DNA from: an uncultured delta proteobacterium
GTDB taxonomy: Bacteria > Myxococcota_A > UBA9160 > UBA4427
Direction: 5' to 3'
NCBI GenBank assembly: GCA_963822965.1
Contig: CAWGJT010000005.1
Coordinates: 864,001-928,000, forward strand
DNA: 64,000 nucleotides
Shown: positions 41,373 to 49,812 of the stretch, one piece after another
Layout: each line of letters begins with the position of its first letter
How positions within the stretch are numbered: the stretch's first letter is position 1
The notes under the pieces: model-generated
The model's database searches: none
What the model saw: the letters and a program-made list of their open reading frames with translations, nothing else
Told to the model about the DNA's origin: nothing
Made by a program: the position numbers and the translations under genes

Positions 41373-41597
41373 ATGGGTTGGGAAGAGCGAATCGTCGTCG
41401 ACCCCGAGGTGCGTGGCGGAAAGCCTTGCATTCGCGGGACACGGATTACCGTCTACGACGTACTTGAGTACATGGCGGGGGATATGTCGGAGTCGGAGAT
41501 CCTGAGGGACTTCCCCGATCTGACGGCCGAGGATCTGAAGGCCTGCCTGGCGTTCGCCGCGGCACGTGAACGCAGGCTGGCTAGCCCCGCTGCGTGA
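41373..41597 (+). CDS. DUF433-family antitoxin
   Basis: AGGAGG RBS; DPEVRGGKPCIRGTRITV, DFPDL. Confidence 0.92.
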   Translation: MGWEERIVVDPEVRGGKPCIRGTRITVYDVLEYMAGDMSESEILRDFPDLTAEDLKACLAFAAARERRLASPAA

Positions 41598-41935
41598 AGC
41601 TGTTGTTCGACGAGAACGTGAGCCCACGGCTCACCGACCTGGTTCGAGCCCACTACCCGGACACCGAGCATGTTCGTCGAGTCGGACTCACCGGGGCTGC
41701 CGACGGGCGCATCTGGGAGTTCGCCAAGGAGAATGGATTCGTCATCGTCTCGAAGGATGACGACTTCAGGCAGCGCAGCTTCCTGGAGGGAGCCCCTCCG
41801 AAGGTCGTGTGGCTCCAGGTTGGCAATGCTGGCACCCAGAGAATTGCGGATCTGCTGATCCGCCAGGTCCGACGCATGCGCGACTTCGAGCAGGAAGACG
41901 AGTCCGCACTGCTGATTCTTCGCGAGGCGGTCTAA
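41594..41935 (+). CDS. DUF5615-like PIN-domain toxin
   Basis: KLLFDENVS, DGRIWEFA, VSKDDDF, PPKVVWL; GTGA overlap with antitoxin. Confidence 0.9.
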   Translation: MKLLFDENVSPRLTDLVRAHYPDTEHVRRVGLTGAADGRIWEFAKENGFVIVSKDDDFRQRSFLEGAPPKVVWLQVGNAGTQRIADLLIRQVRRMRDFEQEDESALLILREAV

Positions 41936-42063
41936 CGGAATGGGCGCTCAGCTGCGTGGCACAGGCCGCCGACGGTCGCTGAGGCACCCAAGTTCAATGC
42001 CAGACTCTACCAGAGGTCGATTGGAACGCGCTGTGCCACGTCAGCTGCAGCGCCTTGTTAGGC
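41930..42063 (-). other. attC site 2
   Basis: Minus: GCCTAAC...GCTGCAGCTGACGTGGCACAG...CTGTGCCACGCAGCTGAGC...GTTAGAC. Confidence 0.9.
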
Positions 42064-42078
42064 AGCGTCGCGAACGAC

Positions 42079-42432
42079 CTACCGCTCGAACGGGTCGCCG
42101 ACCTCGGTAAGGTATCGCTTGGCCGCCGCTACTTCGGCGGTTGCATCATCGCTGAGCTCCAACTCGAGCGTCTCGGCGTCGCGCACCATAGTTCGGAGGA
42201 GACCGTCGAGCACTCGGAGACCTTCGTGTTGATCGTCTTCGCGAATGAGGCGAAGCCCCTTGGTGAGCCAGACGAGGTAACGAGTCTCGTACTCTGTGGC
42301 AGCAGCGACGGCTTCCAGGGCGGCTGCTCGCTGCTGCTGCGCGGCGCCTTGGATCTGGTTGGCGTGGTACCAGAAGGCCACGGCCGAGGCCGCAAGGACC
42401 CAGCAAAGCAACCACGCGATTCGCTCTCGCAC
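42079..42432 (-). CDS. Cassette gene, hypothetical protein with N-terminal hydrophobic segment (copy 1)
   Basis: 117-aa ORF filling the cassette; identical protein at 46543-46896. Confidence 0.7.
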   Translation of the reverse strand: MRERIAWLLCWVLAASAVAFWYHANQIQGAAQQQRAAALEAVAAATEYETRYLVWLTKGLRLIREDDQHEGLRVLDGLLRTMVRDAETLELELSDDATAEVAAAKRYLTEVGDPFER

Positions 42433-42444
42433 TTGACGCTGCCT

Positions 42445-44077
42445 TCTATGTTGGCCATTCCGTCAACCCCCGCGGCCGACGCTGTTCGATTCTACATGGC
42501 CCACACTCCCCGGGGTAGCCTCTCATCCGACGACCTGGCGGCTTCCGGGCGACGTCCGGACCACGCCGAACCACCTTCTATCCGTGCCGAGGACCCCGCC
42601 TCGAGCACAAGAGCCCGTGTGCGCGCGAGCGCGAACTGTGAAGCCTCGGCGCGGGCAGCCCCATCTAACGGGCGGCGCCGATTGCTCGACACCCGGCGGC
42701 GTAACGAGCCACCCGCTCCCAGCTCGGATTCGATCTCCCCTCTTCCCCTCGAAAGCCTCTTCCGCCCCGCGGCCGTCAGGCCGCGGGCCTCAGGCACGGC
42801 CCCAGAGAACGAGCCGATCTACCACCGCACCCGCAGATCCGTCTTCAGCTCCGCCCCCTCCGGCAACACCCCCGTCTCCACGAACCGCCAGAGCGCCACC
42901 AGGAGCTTCCGCGCCAGCGCCACGATCCCGATCTTCCGGATCCGCGGGCTGCCGGACCCGAAGCGGCGCTCGTACCACTTCGACAGCGCGCTCTCTGGCT
43001 GGAACCGAAGCCACGACCACGCCAGCTCGATGGCACTGCCCCGGATGTAACGACTCCCATCCTTCCCGATCCCCTGCTCCCGGAACCGCTTGCCGCTGTC
43101 CTGCGGCGTCGGAGTGAGACCGGCCAGCGATCCCACCTGCTTGCCATTCCGGAAGGTCCGCCAGCCGAAGAACTCCATGCTGTACAACCACGCCGTGTTC
43201 ACCCCCACCCCCCGCAACGTGAACAGCTGCTGCGCCTTGGCCACGGCGAGATCCTCGGGCTCCTTCTCCTGCAGCTGATGCCGGCGCTCCGCCTCGAGCG
43301 CTCGGATCCGGGTCGTGAAGTACGCGTAGTCGGTGGCGTAGCGCTGCAACCGGGCCGCCAACGCGGGCGGGAGCTCGCTCCCGTCCCACAGCCGCAGGCC
43401 CGAGAGCCGCTCCGACAGATCCTTCCAGCCTCGGAGCACGAGCCCGTGGTTCGCGAGCAGGCTCTTGATCCGGTTGCTCACGCGGGTCCGATCTGCCTTG
43501 GCGCTTCGGAGCTCGCGGTGCAGGTGTCGTCGGTCCTCCTCCGCCACCGAGGGAACCCGCACCACGCTGAAGACCGGCTTCGCGCTCCCGGCCAGGTGCC
43601 GCGCCAACAGATCACACAGCGCCGCCAGATCCAGCCGGTCCGTCTTCGCGCGTCGCCGCTTCTGCGGCCTCTCGATGCTGGCCGAGTCGATCACCAGGTT
43701 CTCGACGCCTTCCGACTCGAGCCAGCGGTGCAGCCAGAAGCCGTCGCGCCCGGCCTCGTAGCAGCTCACGATCCGAGCGTCGGCGGGCAAGCCGAGCTTC
43801 TTGCGCGCCCACGCGATCTGTACCCGGAGACCCTGCCGGTCTCGCGATGCGAGGTTCCGCACGAGCGGGGTCTGCCCGAACGCCGAGCTGAACCCGACCT
43901 TCCACTTCTCTTCGCCCAGCTCGAGGGCCAGCATCAGAGTCGGGGTCGCTGCGGTAATCTCGACGTCGAGGTCGCTGCCGTTTTCTTGGACAAGGTGTCC
44001 CTCCAGTGTGTTTGAAGTTCACAAAGGAGGTTAACGGCAGCGGCCTTCTGCTCCGGAGCCCATCGCTCATAGGCTCT
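42445..44077 (-). mobile_element. IS110-family element type A, copy 2 (variant allele)
   Basis: CT core at 42443-44 and 44076-77; several substitutions and 3 nt of deletions versus copies 1 and 3. Confidence 0.92.
42819..43993 (-). CDS. IS110 type A transposase, copy 2, with 1-nt deletion near the N-terminus
   Basis: ORF 42819..43934 near-identical to copy 1; cgacgtcg vs cgaccgtcg near 43964. Confidence 0.85.
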
Positions 44078-44203
44078 AACGGATCGGGCTTCAGCTGCAC
44101 CAGCCAGCGCTGACCGGCCTCGCCGAAGCCACAAGAGTTGCGATGCCAGAAGGCTACCAGACCCGAGAACGCCCAGCTGGCTGGTGTCAGCTGCAAGCCC
44201 TTG

Positions 44204-45860
44204 ATCCTCATCCAGGCCCCCTCCTGTGCCTACTCCACTCGGAGTAGGCTGGTTGGAAGCACTAACACACCAACCGTTTCCAGGAGAGAGCGATGAGATT
44301 CTATACCAAGACGCACGAGCACTACTGCGGGATCGATCTGCACGCCAAGACCATGTACCTCTGCATCCTCGACGGGGCAGGCGAGATCCTGCTCCACAAG
44401 AACATGAAGAGCCGCCCCGAGGCCTTCCTCGAAGCCGTTGCCCCCTATCGCGAGGGTCTCGTCGTCGCCGTCGAGTGCATGTTCACCTGGTACTGGCTCG
44501 CCGATCTGTGCCGCCAGGAGGGGATCGAGTTCGTGCTCGGCCACGCCCTGTACATGAAGGCCATCCACGGCGGCAAGGCCAAGAACGACAAGGTCGATGC
44601 CTTCAAGATCGCCGCCCTGCTGCGGGGCGGGAACCTGCCGCAGGCCTACGTCTACCCGCCCGAGATGCGCGGCCACCCGGGATCTGCTGCGAAGGCGTCT
44701 TCACCTCGTCCGGCGACGAGCGAACCTGCTGGCCCACATCCAGAACACCCACCACCAGTACAACCTGCCCGAGCCGTCCGCCAAGGTCGCCTACAAGGCG
44801 AACCGGGCAGGCGTCGCCGAGGCCTTCGAGGAGGCCGATGCCCGCAAGAGCCTGGAGATCGACTTCGCGCTCATCGAACACTACGACGAGGTCATCCGCG
44901 AGCTCGAGCTCCATCTCGTGCGACGCGCCAAGCAGCACGACCCCCAGGCCTACCACCGGCTCCGCTCGGTCCCCGGCATCGGCAAGATCCTGGCGCTCAC
45001 GATCCTCTACGAGATCCACGACGTCGAGCGCTTCGCGCGCGTGCAGGATTTCCTCTCGTACGCGCGGCTCGTGAAGTGCGATCACAGCTCGGCGGGCAAG
45101 AAGCTCGGCACCGGCGGTGCGAAGATCGGCAACGTCACCTCAAGTGGGCTTTCTCCGAGGCCGCCGTCCTCTTCCTCCGCAACAACCCGGCCGGCCAGAC
45201 CCATCTGCGCAGGCTCGCCGGGAAGCACGGCAAGGCCAAGGCGCTGTCGATCCTCGCGGCGAAGCTTGGTCGGCCGTCTACTTCATGCTGAAGCGCGAAC
45301 GCGCATTCGAGATGGAGCGCTTCCTGGCACACAGCTGAAAAGGAGCGGAGGCGGGTGATCCCGCCGTCTAACTGGAGCCGGTTCCCAGCTGGGAACGAGG
45401 GTAGAGCCCGAGCAAGAGGTCTGCAAGAGATCCGGAGATCTGTGACCGTGGCCCCCCGGCCACCGGCCACCGAGCACGCGAGGACCTCATCGGCACCACG
45501 CCCGGCATCCGATCGCCTTGATTGGAGATCCGCCTCCCCTCCGAACATTCGTGGGGCGCCGAAGGGCGTTCCTCCAAAGCGTTCTGCCCCTCTCTCGAGC
45601 CCGGAGCCAACTGGACGAACAGAGCCAGACCGAGTTTGATTGGACGAGCGAGGGAACCGATGTGTTTCTGGGACACGGCGCGGCAACAAGGCGCCGATCA
45701 AGATCCCCGATAGGTGTTTGGTGCAGGCGCAACGCCTGGAACCAGTCGAAGGAAACAAAGTCGGAACCGAGGAGGAACGACGCGCTCGAGAGCAACGCCG
45801 CTTCAACCGCAGGCGTCACGGGATCACTTTATCCCTTGACGACCGGGGGCCTGATAGGTG
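44204..45860 (+). mobile_element. IS110/IS1111-like element type C inserted at attC R''
   Basis: TG at both junctions; sub-terminal IR caggcccc/ggggcctg; about 520-bp non-coding region 3' of the transposase. Confidence 0.85.
44293..45338 (+). pseudogene. IS110-family transposase (type C), frameshifted near 44675, 45135 and 45270
   Basis: GIDLH, VEC, KNDKVD, SVPGIG, HSSAGK, LKWAFSEAA spread over three frames. Confidence 0.85.
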
Positions 45861-45888
45861 TTGGGCGGCATTCAGCGCACCCCACTCG

Positions 45889-46329
45889 TCACTCGGAGCT
45901 CCGTTTCCGTTGCTCGCGAATCATGTCGGCGACCGGCTGCGGTCGCCTGATGCCAGCAAAGACGATTTCGACTCCGGATTGTCCGGCAGTCGATATCCCA
46001 ACATTGCCTATTCCGAACATTCTTTGGATGATGCCTTGGTTGACCTGGACGTTGCGAATGTCAGAGATCTCGACCTCCGAGACGCGCCGCGACAGGAGAC
46101 CCTTTCGCTGGACCACGCGCTCAGAGGTGACCGTGTAGCTCGTGGCGTAGACATTCAAGTAGGCAATTCCGACCAACAGGAGACCGAACAAGACGCCGCC
46201 GGCGGCTACGCCTCTCGTTTCGGCGGGAATGAACAGGAGACTGCTCAGTAGGATGAGAATGGCGGCGAGAGCGATCAGAACTGCGTAGTTGATCAACGAC
46301 GTACGCCCCTGGTAGATCGTGCTCTCCAT
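45889..46329 (-). CDS. Cassette gene, membrane protein with bacterial PH (bPH_2-like) domain
   Basis: Two TMs, then YTVTSERV..RKGLLS, IQRMFGIGNV.ISTAG. Confidence 0.8.
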   Translation of the reverse strand: MESTIYQGRTSLINYAVLIALAAILILLSSLLFIPAETRGVAAGGVLFGLLLVGIAYLNVYATSYTVTSERVVQRKGLLSRRVSEVEISDIRNVQVNQGIIQRMFGIGNVGISTAGQSGVEIVFAGIRRPQPVADMIREQRKRSSE

Positions 46330-46393
46330 GCTCATCTCCACGGTGTGTTGCTGATCAAGCGGCGGCTCGCGCTGCTCGCGGCTTCGCAATGCC

Positions 46394-46527
46394 GCCCAAC
46401 GGAATGGGCGCTCAGCTGCGTGGCACAGGCCGCCGACGGTCGCTGAGGCACCCAAGTTCAATGCCAGACTCTACCAGAGGTCGATTGGAACGCGCTGTGC
46501 CACGTCAGCTGCAGCGCCTTGTTAGGC
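46394..46527 (-). other. attC site 4 (duplicate of attC2)
   Basis: Identical to 41934-42063 from the AAC onward; R' GTTGGGC. Confidence 0.9.
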
Positions 46528-46542
46528 AGCGTCGCGAACGAC

Positions 46543-46896
46543 CTACCGCTCGAACGGGTCGCCGACCTCGGTAAGGTATCGCTTGGCCGCCGCTACTTCG
46601 GCGGTTGCATCATCGCTGAGCTCCAACTCGAGCGTCTCGGCGTCGCGCACCATAGTTCGGAGGAGACCGTCGAGCACTCGGAGACCTTCGTGTTGATCGT
46701 CTTCGCGAATGAGGCGAAGCCCCTTGGTGAGCCAGACGAGGTAACGAGTCTCGTACTCTGTGGCAGCAGCGACGGCTTCCAGGGCGGCTGCTCGCTGCTG
46801 CTGCGCGGCGCCTTGGATCTGGTTGGCGTGGTACCAGAAGGCCACGGCCGAGGCCGCAAGGACCCAGCAAAGCAACCACGCGATTCGCTCTCGCAC
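46543..46896 (-). CDS. Cassette gene, hypothetical protein (copy 2)
   Basis: Duplicate of 42079-42432. Confidence 0.7.
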   Translation of the reverse strand: MRERIAWLLCWVLAASAVAFWYHANQIQGAAQQQRAAALEAVAAATEYETRYLVWLTKGLRLIREDDQHEGLRVLDGLLRTMVRDAETLELELSDDATAEVAAAKRYLTEVGDPFER

Positions 46897-46908
46897 TTGA
46901 CGCTGCCT

Positions 46909-48544
46909 TCTATGTTGGCCATTCCGTCAACCCCCGCGGCCGACGCTGTTCGATTCTACATGGCCCACACTCCCCGGGGTAGCCTCTCATCCGACGACCT
47001 GGCGGCTTCCGGGCGACGTCCGGACCACGCCGAACCACCTTCTATCCGTGCCGAGGACCCCGCCTCGAGCACAAGAGCCCGTGTGCGCGCGAGCGCGAAC
47101 TGTGAAGCCTCGGCGCGGGCAGCCCCATCTAACGGGCGGCGCCGATTGCTCGACACCCGGCGGCGTAACGAGCCACCCGCTCCCAGCTCGGATTCGATCT
47201 CCCCTCTTCCCCTCGAAAGCCTCTTCCGCCCCGCGGCCGTCAGGCCGCGGGCCTCAGGCACGGCCCCAGAGAACGAGCCGATCTACCACCGCACCCGCAG
47301 ATCCGTCTTCAGCTCCGCCCCCTCCGGCAACACCCCCGTCTCCACGAACCGCCACAGCGCCACCAGGAGCTTCCGCGCCAGCGCCACGATCCCGATCTTC
47401 CGGATCCGCGGGCTGCCGGACCCGAAGCGGCGCTCGTACCACTTCGACAGCGCGCTCTCTGGCTGGAACCGCAGCCACGACCACGCCAGCTCGATGGCAC
47501 TGCCCCGGATGTGACGACTCCCATCCTTCCCGATCCCCTGCTCCCGGAACCGCTTGCCGCTGTCCTGCGGCGTCGGAGTGAGACCGGCCAGCGATCCCAC
47601 CTCCTTGCCGCTCCGGAAGGTCCGCCAGCCGAAGAACTCCATGCTGTACAACCACGCCGTGTTCACCCCCACCCCCCGCAACGTGAACAGCTGCTGCGCC
47701 TTGGCCACGGCGAGATCCTCGGGCTCCTTCTCCTGCAGCTGATGCCGGCGCTCCGCCTCGAGCGCTCGGATCCGGGTCGTGAAGTACGCGTAGTCGGTGG
47801 CGTAGCGCTGCAACCGGGCCGCCAACGCGGGCGGGAGCTCGCTCCCGTCCCACAGCCGCAGGCCCGAGAGCCGCTCCGACAGATCCTTCCAGCCTCGGAG
47901 CACGAGCCCGTGGTTCGCGAGCAGGCTCTTGATCCGGTTGCTCACGCGGGTCCGATCTGCCTTGGCGCTTCGGAGCTCGCGGTGCAGGTGTCGTCGGTCC
48001 TCCTCCGCCACCGAGGGAACCCGCACCACGCTGAAGACCGGCTTCGCGCTCCCGGCCAGGTGCCGCGCCAACAGATCACACAGCGCCGCCAGATCCAGCC
48101 GGTCCGTCTTCGCGCGTCGCCGCTTCTGCGGCCTCTCGATGCTGGCCGAGTCGATCACCAGGCTCTCGACGCCTTCCGACTCGAGCCAGCGGTGCAGCCA
48201 GAAGCCGTCGCGCCCGGCCTCGTAGCAGCTCACGATCCGAGCGTCGGCGGGCAAGCCGAGCTTCTTGCGCGCCCACGCGATCTGTACCCGGAGACCCTGC
48301 CGGTCTCGCGATGCGAGGTTCCGCACGAGCGGGGTCTGCCCGAACGCCGAGCTGAACCCGACCTTCCACTTCTCTTCGCCCAGCTCGAGGGCCAGCATCA
48401 GAGTCGGGGTCGCTGCGGTAATCTCGACCGTCGAGGTCGCTGCCGTTTTCTTGGACAAGGTGTCCCTCCAGTGTGTTTGAAGTTCACAAAGGAGGTTAAC
48501 GGCAGCGGCCTTCTGCGTTCCGGAGCCCATCGCTCATAGGCTCT
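46909..48544 (-). mobile_element. IS110-family element type A, copy 3 (1636 bp)
   Basis: CT core at 46907-08 and 48543-44; same protein as copy 1. Confidence 0.92.
47283..48458 (-). CDS. IS110 type A transposase, copy 3
   Basis: Translation identical to copy 1. Confidence 0.92.
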   Translation of the reverse strand: MSKKTAATSTVEITAATPTLMLALELGEEKWKVGFSSAFGQTPLVRNLASRDRQGLRVQIAWARKKLGLPADARIVSCYEAGRDGFWLHRWLESEGVESLVIDSASIERPQKRRRAKTDRLDLAALCDLLARHLAGSAKPVFSVVRVPSVAEEDRRHLHRELRSAKADRTRVSNRIKSLLANHGLVLRGWKDLSERLSGLRLWDGSELPPALAARLQRYATDYAYFTTRIRALEAERRHQLQEKEPEDLAVAKAQQLFTLRGVGVNTAWLYSMEFFGWRTFRSGKEVGSLAGLTPTPQDSGKRFREQGIGKDGSRHIRGSAIELAWSWLRFQPESALSKWYERRFGSGSPRIRKIGIVALARKLLVALWRFVETGVLPEGAELKTDLRVRW

Positions 48545-48669
48545 AACGGATCGGCGTTCAGCGGCTTGCGCCGATTTGGCACAGCGGCTGTGACGCCGTG
48601 GATGTCGCGATCGTATCACGATCGCTAGGCCTCTAGCGTCAGCAAGTCCGCTGCAACGGCTTGTTAGAC
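48541..48669 (-). other. attC site 5
   Basis: Minus: GTCTAAC-aagcc-GTTGCAGCGG...CCGCTGAAC-gccgatcc-GTTAGAG. Confidence 0.9.
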
Positions 48670-48695
48670 GGCGCGCGCAGGGCTGCTGCCAGCCC

Positions 48696-49016
48696 TCAGG
48701 CACGCGCTGAGATCAAGACGAAGGCGGAGATGATCACGGGTACAGCCAGGCAACCGATGCAGTATGCCTTCTCTTGGTCCGAGGGCTCTCGACTCGGCCG
48801 GACGGCCTGCAACGTAAGCAAGGCGAGACAAGGGGCGAGTGCGACAGACACCAGCGCGAGCGGGAGGGGAAAGACGACCCCAAGCGAGAAGGCGGTCAAG
48901 ACAGACGTCGCGGCCAAGACCAAAGTGACGCGTCGAGGGGCTCGCGAGCCGCTCAGATCGTAGAGATAGAGGACGAGCACCGCGGAGCTGAGTATCGGAA
49001 GGATTACATTGACCAT
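48696..49016 (-). CDS. Cassette gene, small hydrophobic membrane protein
   Basis: 106-aa ORF filling the space between attC5 and attC6. Confidence 0.6.
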   Translation of the reverse strand: MVNVILPILSSAVLVLYLYDLSGSRAPRRVTLVLAATSVLTAFSLGVVFPLPLALVSVALAPCLALLTLQAVRPSREPSDQEKAYCIGCLAVPVIISAFVLISARA

Positions 49017-49040
49017 GTCGCTGTATCGACCGACCGCGCC

Positions 49041-49172
49041 GTCTAACGGAATGGGCGCTCAGCGGCGTGCGCCGACCTGGCACAGCGACCGCCAACGCCT
49101 CGGACTCCGCAATTCTACCACTCTCCCATACCGGCTCAGCGGGAGCACGTCCGCTGCAGCGGCTTGTTGGGC
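49041..49172 (-). other. attC site 6
   Basis: Minus: GCCCAAC-aagcc-GCTGCAGCGG...CCGCTGAGC-gcccattcc-GTTAGAC. Confidence 0.88.
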
Positions 49173-49222
49173 GGCGTGCCGGTGGCCGATGCCGAATATC
49201 CGTACGGGGAACCAAGCGCCAT

Positions 49223-49468
49223 TCAGGGCTCGGAGTCGTCACGTGATTCCCGGGGAATCGGGACATCCCGAACGCTCCGAACGAACAATCGCCACCTGTG
49301 GAGGACAAACCAAGTCACATAGAAAATGACAAGCGTGGTGACTAGCGACCGCCACGCAACGCTTAGAAGGGATTCGCCATCCACGTACAGACGGACAGCC
49401 AAGCTGACGCCGCATACGATCGCGAGCGCTACAGAGAAGTTCTTCGCTTGGTCGCGTCTTCTGGTCAC
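49223..49468 (-). CDS. First cassette gene, small membrane protein
   Basis: 81-aa ORF with two hydrophobic segments, between attC6 and the GTT at 49490-92. Confidence 0.55.
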   Translation of the reverse strand: MTRRRDQAKNFSVALAIVCGVSLAVRLYVDGESLLSVAWRSLVTTLVIFYVTWFVLHRWRLFVRSVRDVPIPRESRDDSEP

Positions 49469-49485
49469 TTCGTTGAACTCTCGCC

Positions 49486-49520
49486 GCTCAACTACTTATT
49501 GACCTGCACCCCAGTCTACC
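49486..49520 (-). other. Candidate attI or secondary recombination site at the head of the array
   Basis: Minus: ggtcaataagta-GTTGAGC; GTTRRRY with AT-rich upstream spacer and no attC palindrome. Confidence 0.45.
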
Positions 49521-49812
49521 GTGGCTTCGGGTGAACCGAGCGCGTGTTGGCTTCATAACCGGGTGGCGAGGAACGTTGCTTGGATGGGTCTTCTCCCCGG
49601 AATCTCTCACGATTCTGTGGATCTTCCGAGCCGACGGTGCGGTTTTCGTTGCGGCCTTCTTTTGCTCGATAACCCGGTGGTGGCGCTGCGGTGGTGCTGT
49701 GGACGAATGGGACCTCCGTCTCGACGAAGCTGCTTCGACGCGCTCGAAGCGACGGAAGACGGGCGCCCCACGACGGGCTTCGGAGCCGTGGAGAGCCCGT
49801 GGGCGGCCGGCC

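Larger units (their letters stand above)
44074..45866 (-). other. attC site 3, split by IS110 type C (44074-44203 plus 45861-45866)
   Basis: Removing 44204-45860 restores ctgcaagcccttgttgggc, matching the other attC ends. Confidence 0.85.
37904..49492 (-). mobile_element. Integron gene-cassette array without integrase in window (CALIN-like), 7 cassettes
   Basis: Six attC sites of about 130-135 bp (RYYYAAC...GTTRRR, extra base in L'') separating short ORFs; cassette ends complementary, e.g. 45860-45872 vs 46388-46400 and 48663-48675 vs 49035-49047. Confidence 0.9.

Noticed and set aside
42445..44078. Model of type A ends with a 4-bp TCTA/TAGA duplication
   Set aside because: It leaves 3 extra bases in the empty site. 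A 2-bp CT core restores gacgctgcctaac, the exact partner of the cassette's R'' extension, and fits the internal guides.
41214..49172. Recurrent palindromes as a CRISPR array or terminators
   Set aside because: Units are about 130 bp, separated by whole genes, with attC R/L boxes; no cas genes or regular spacers
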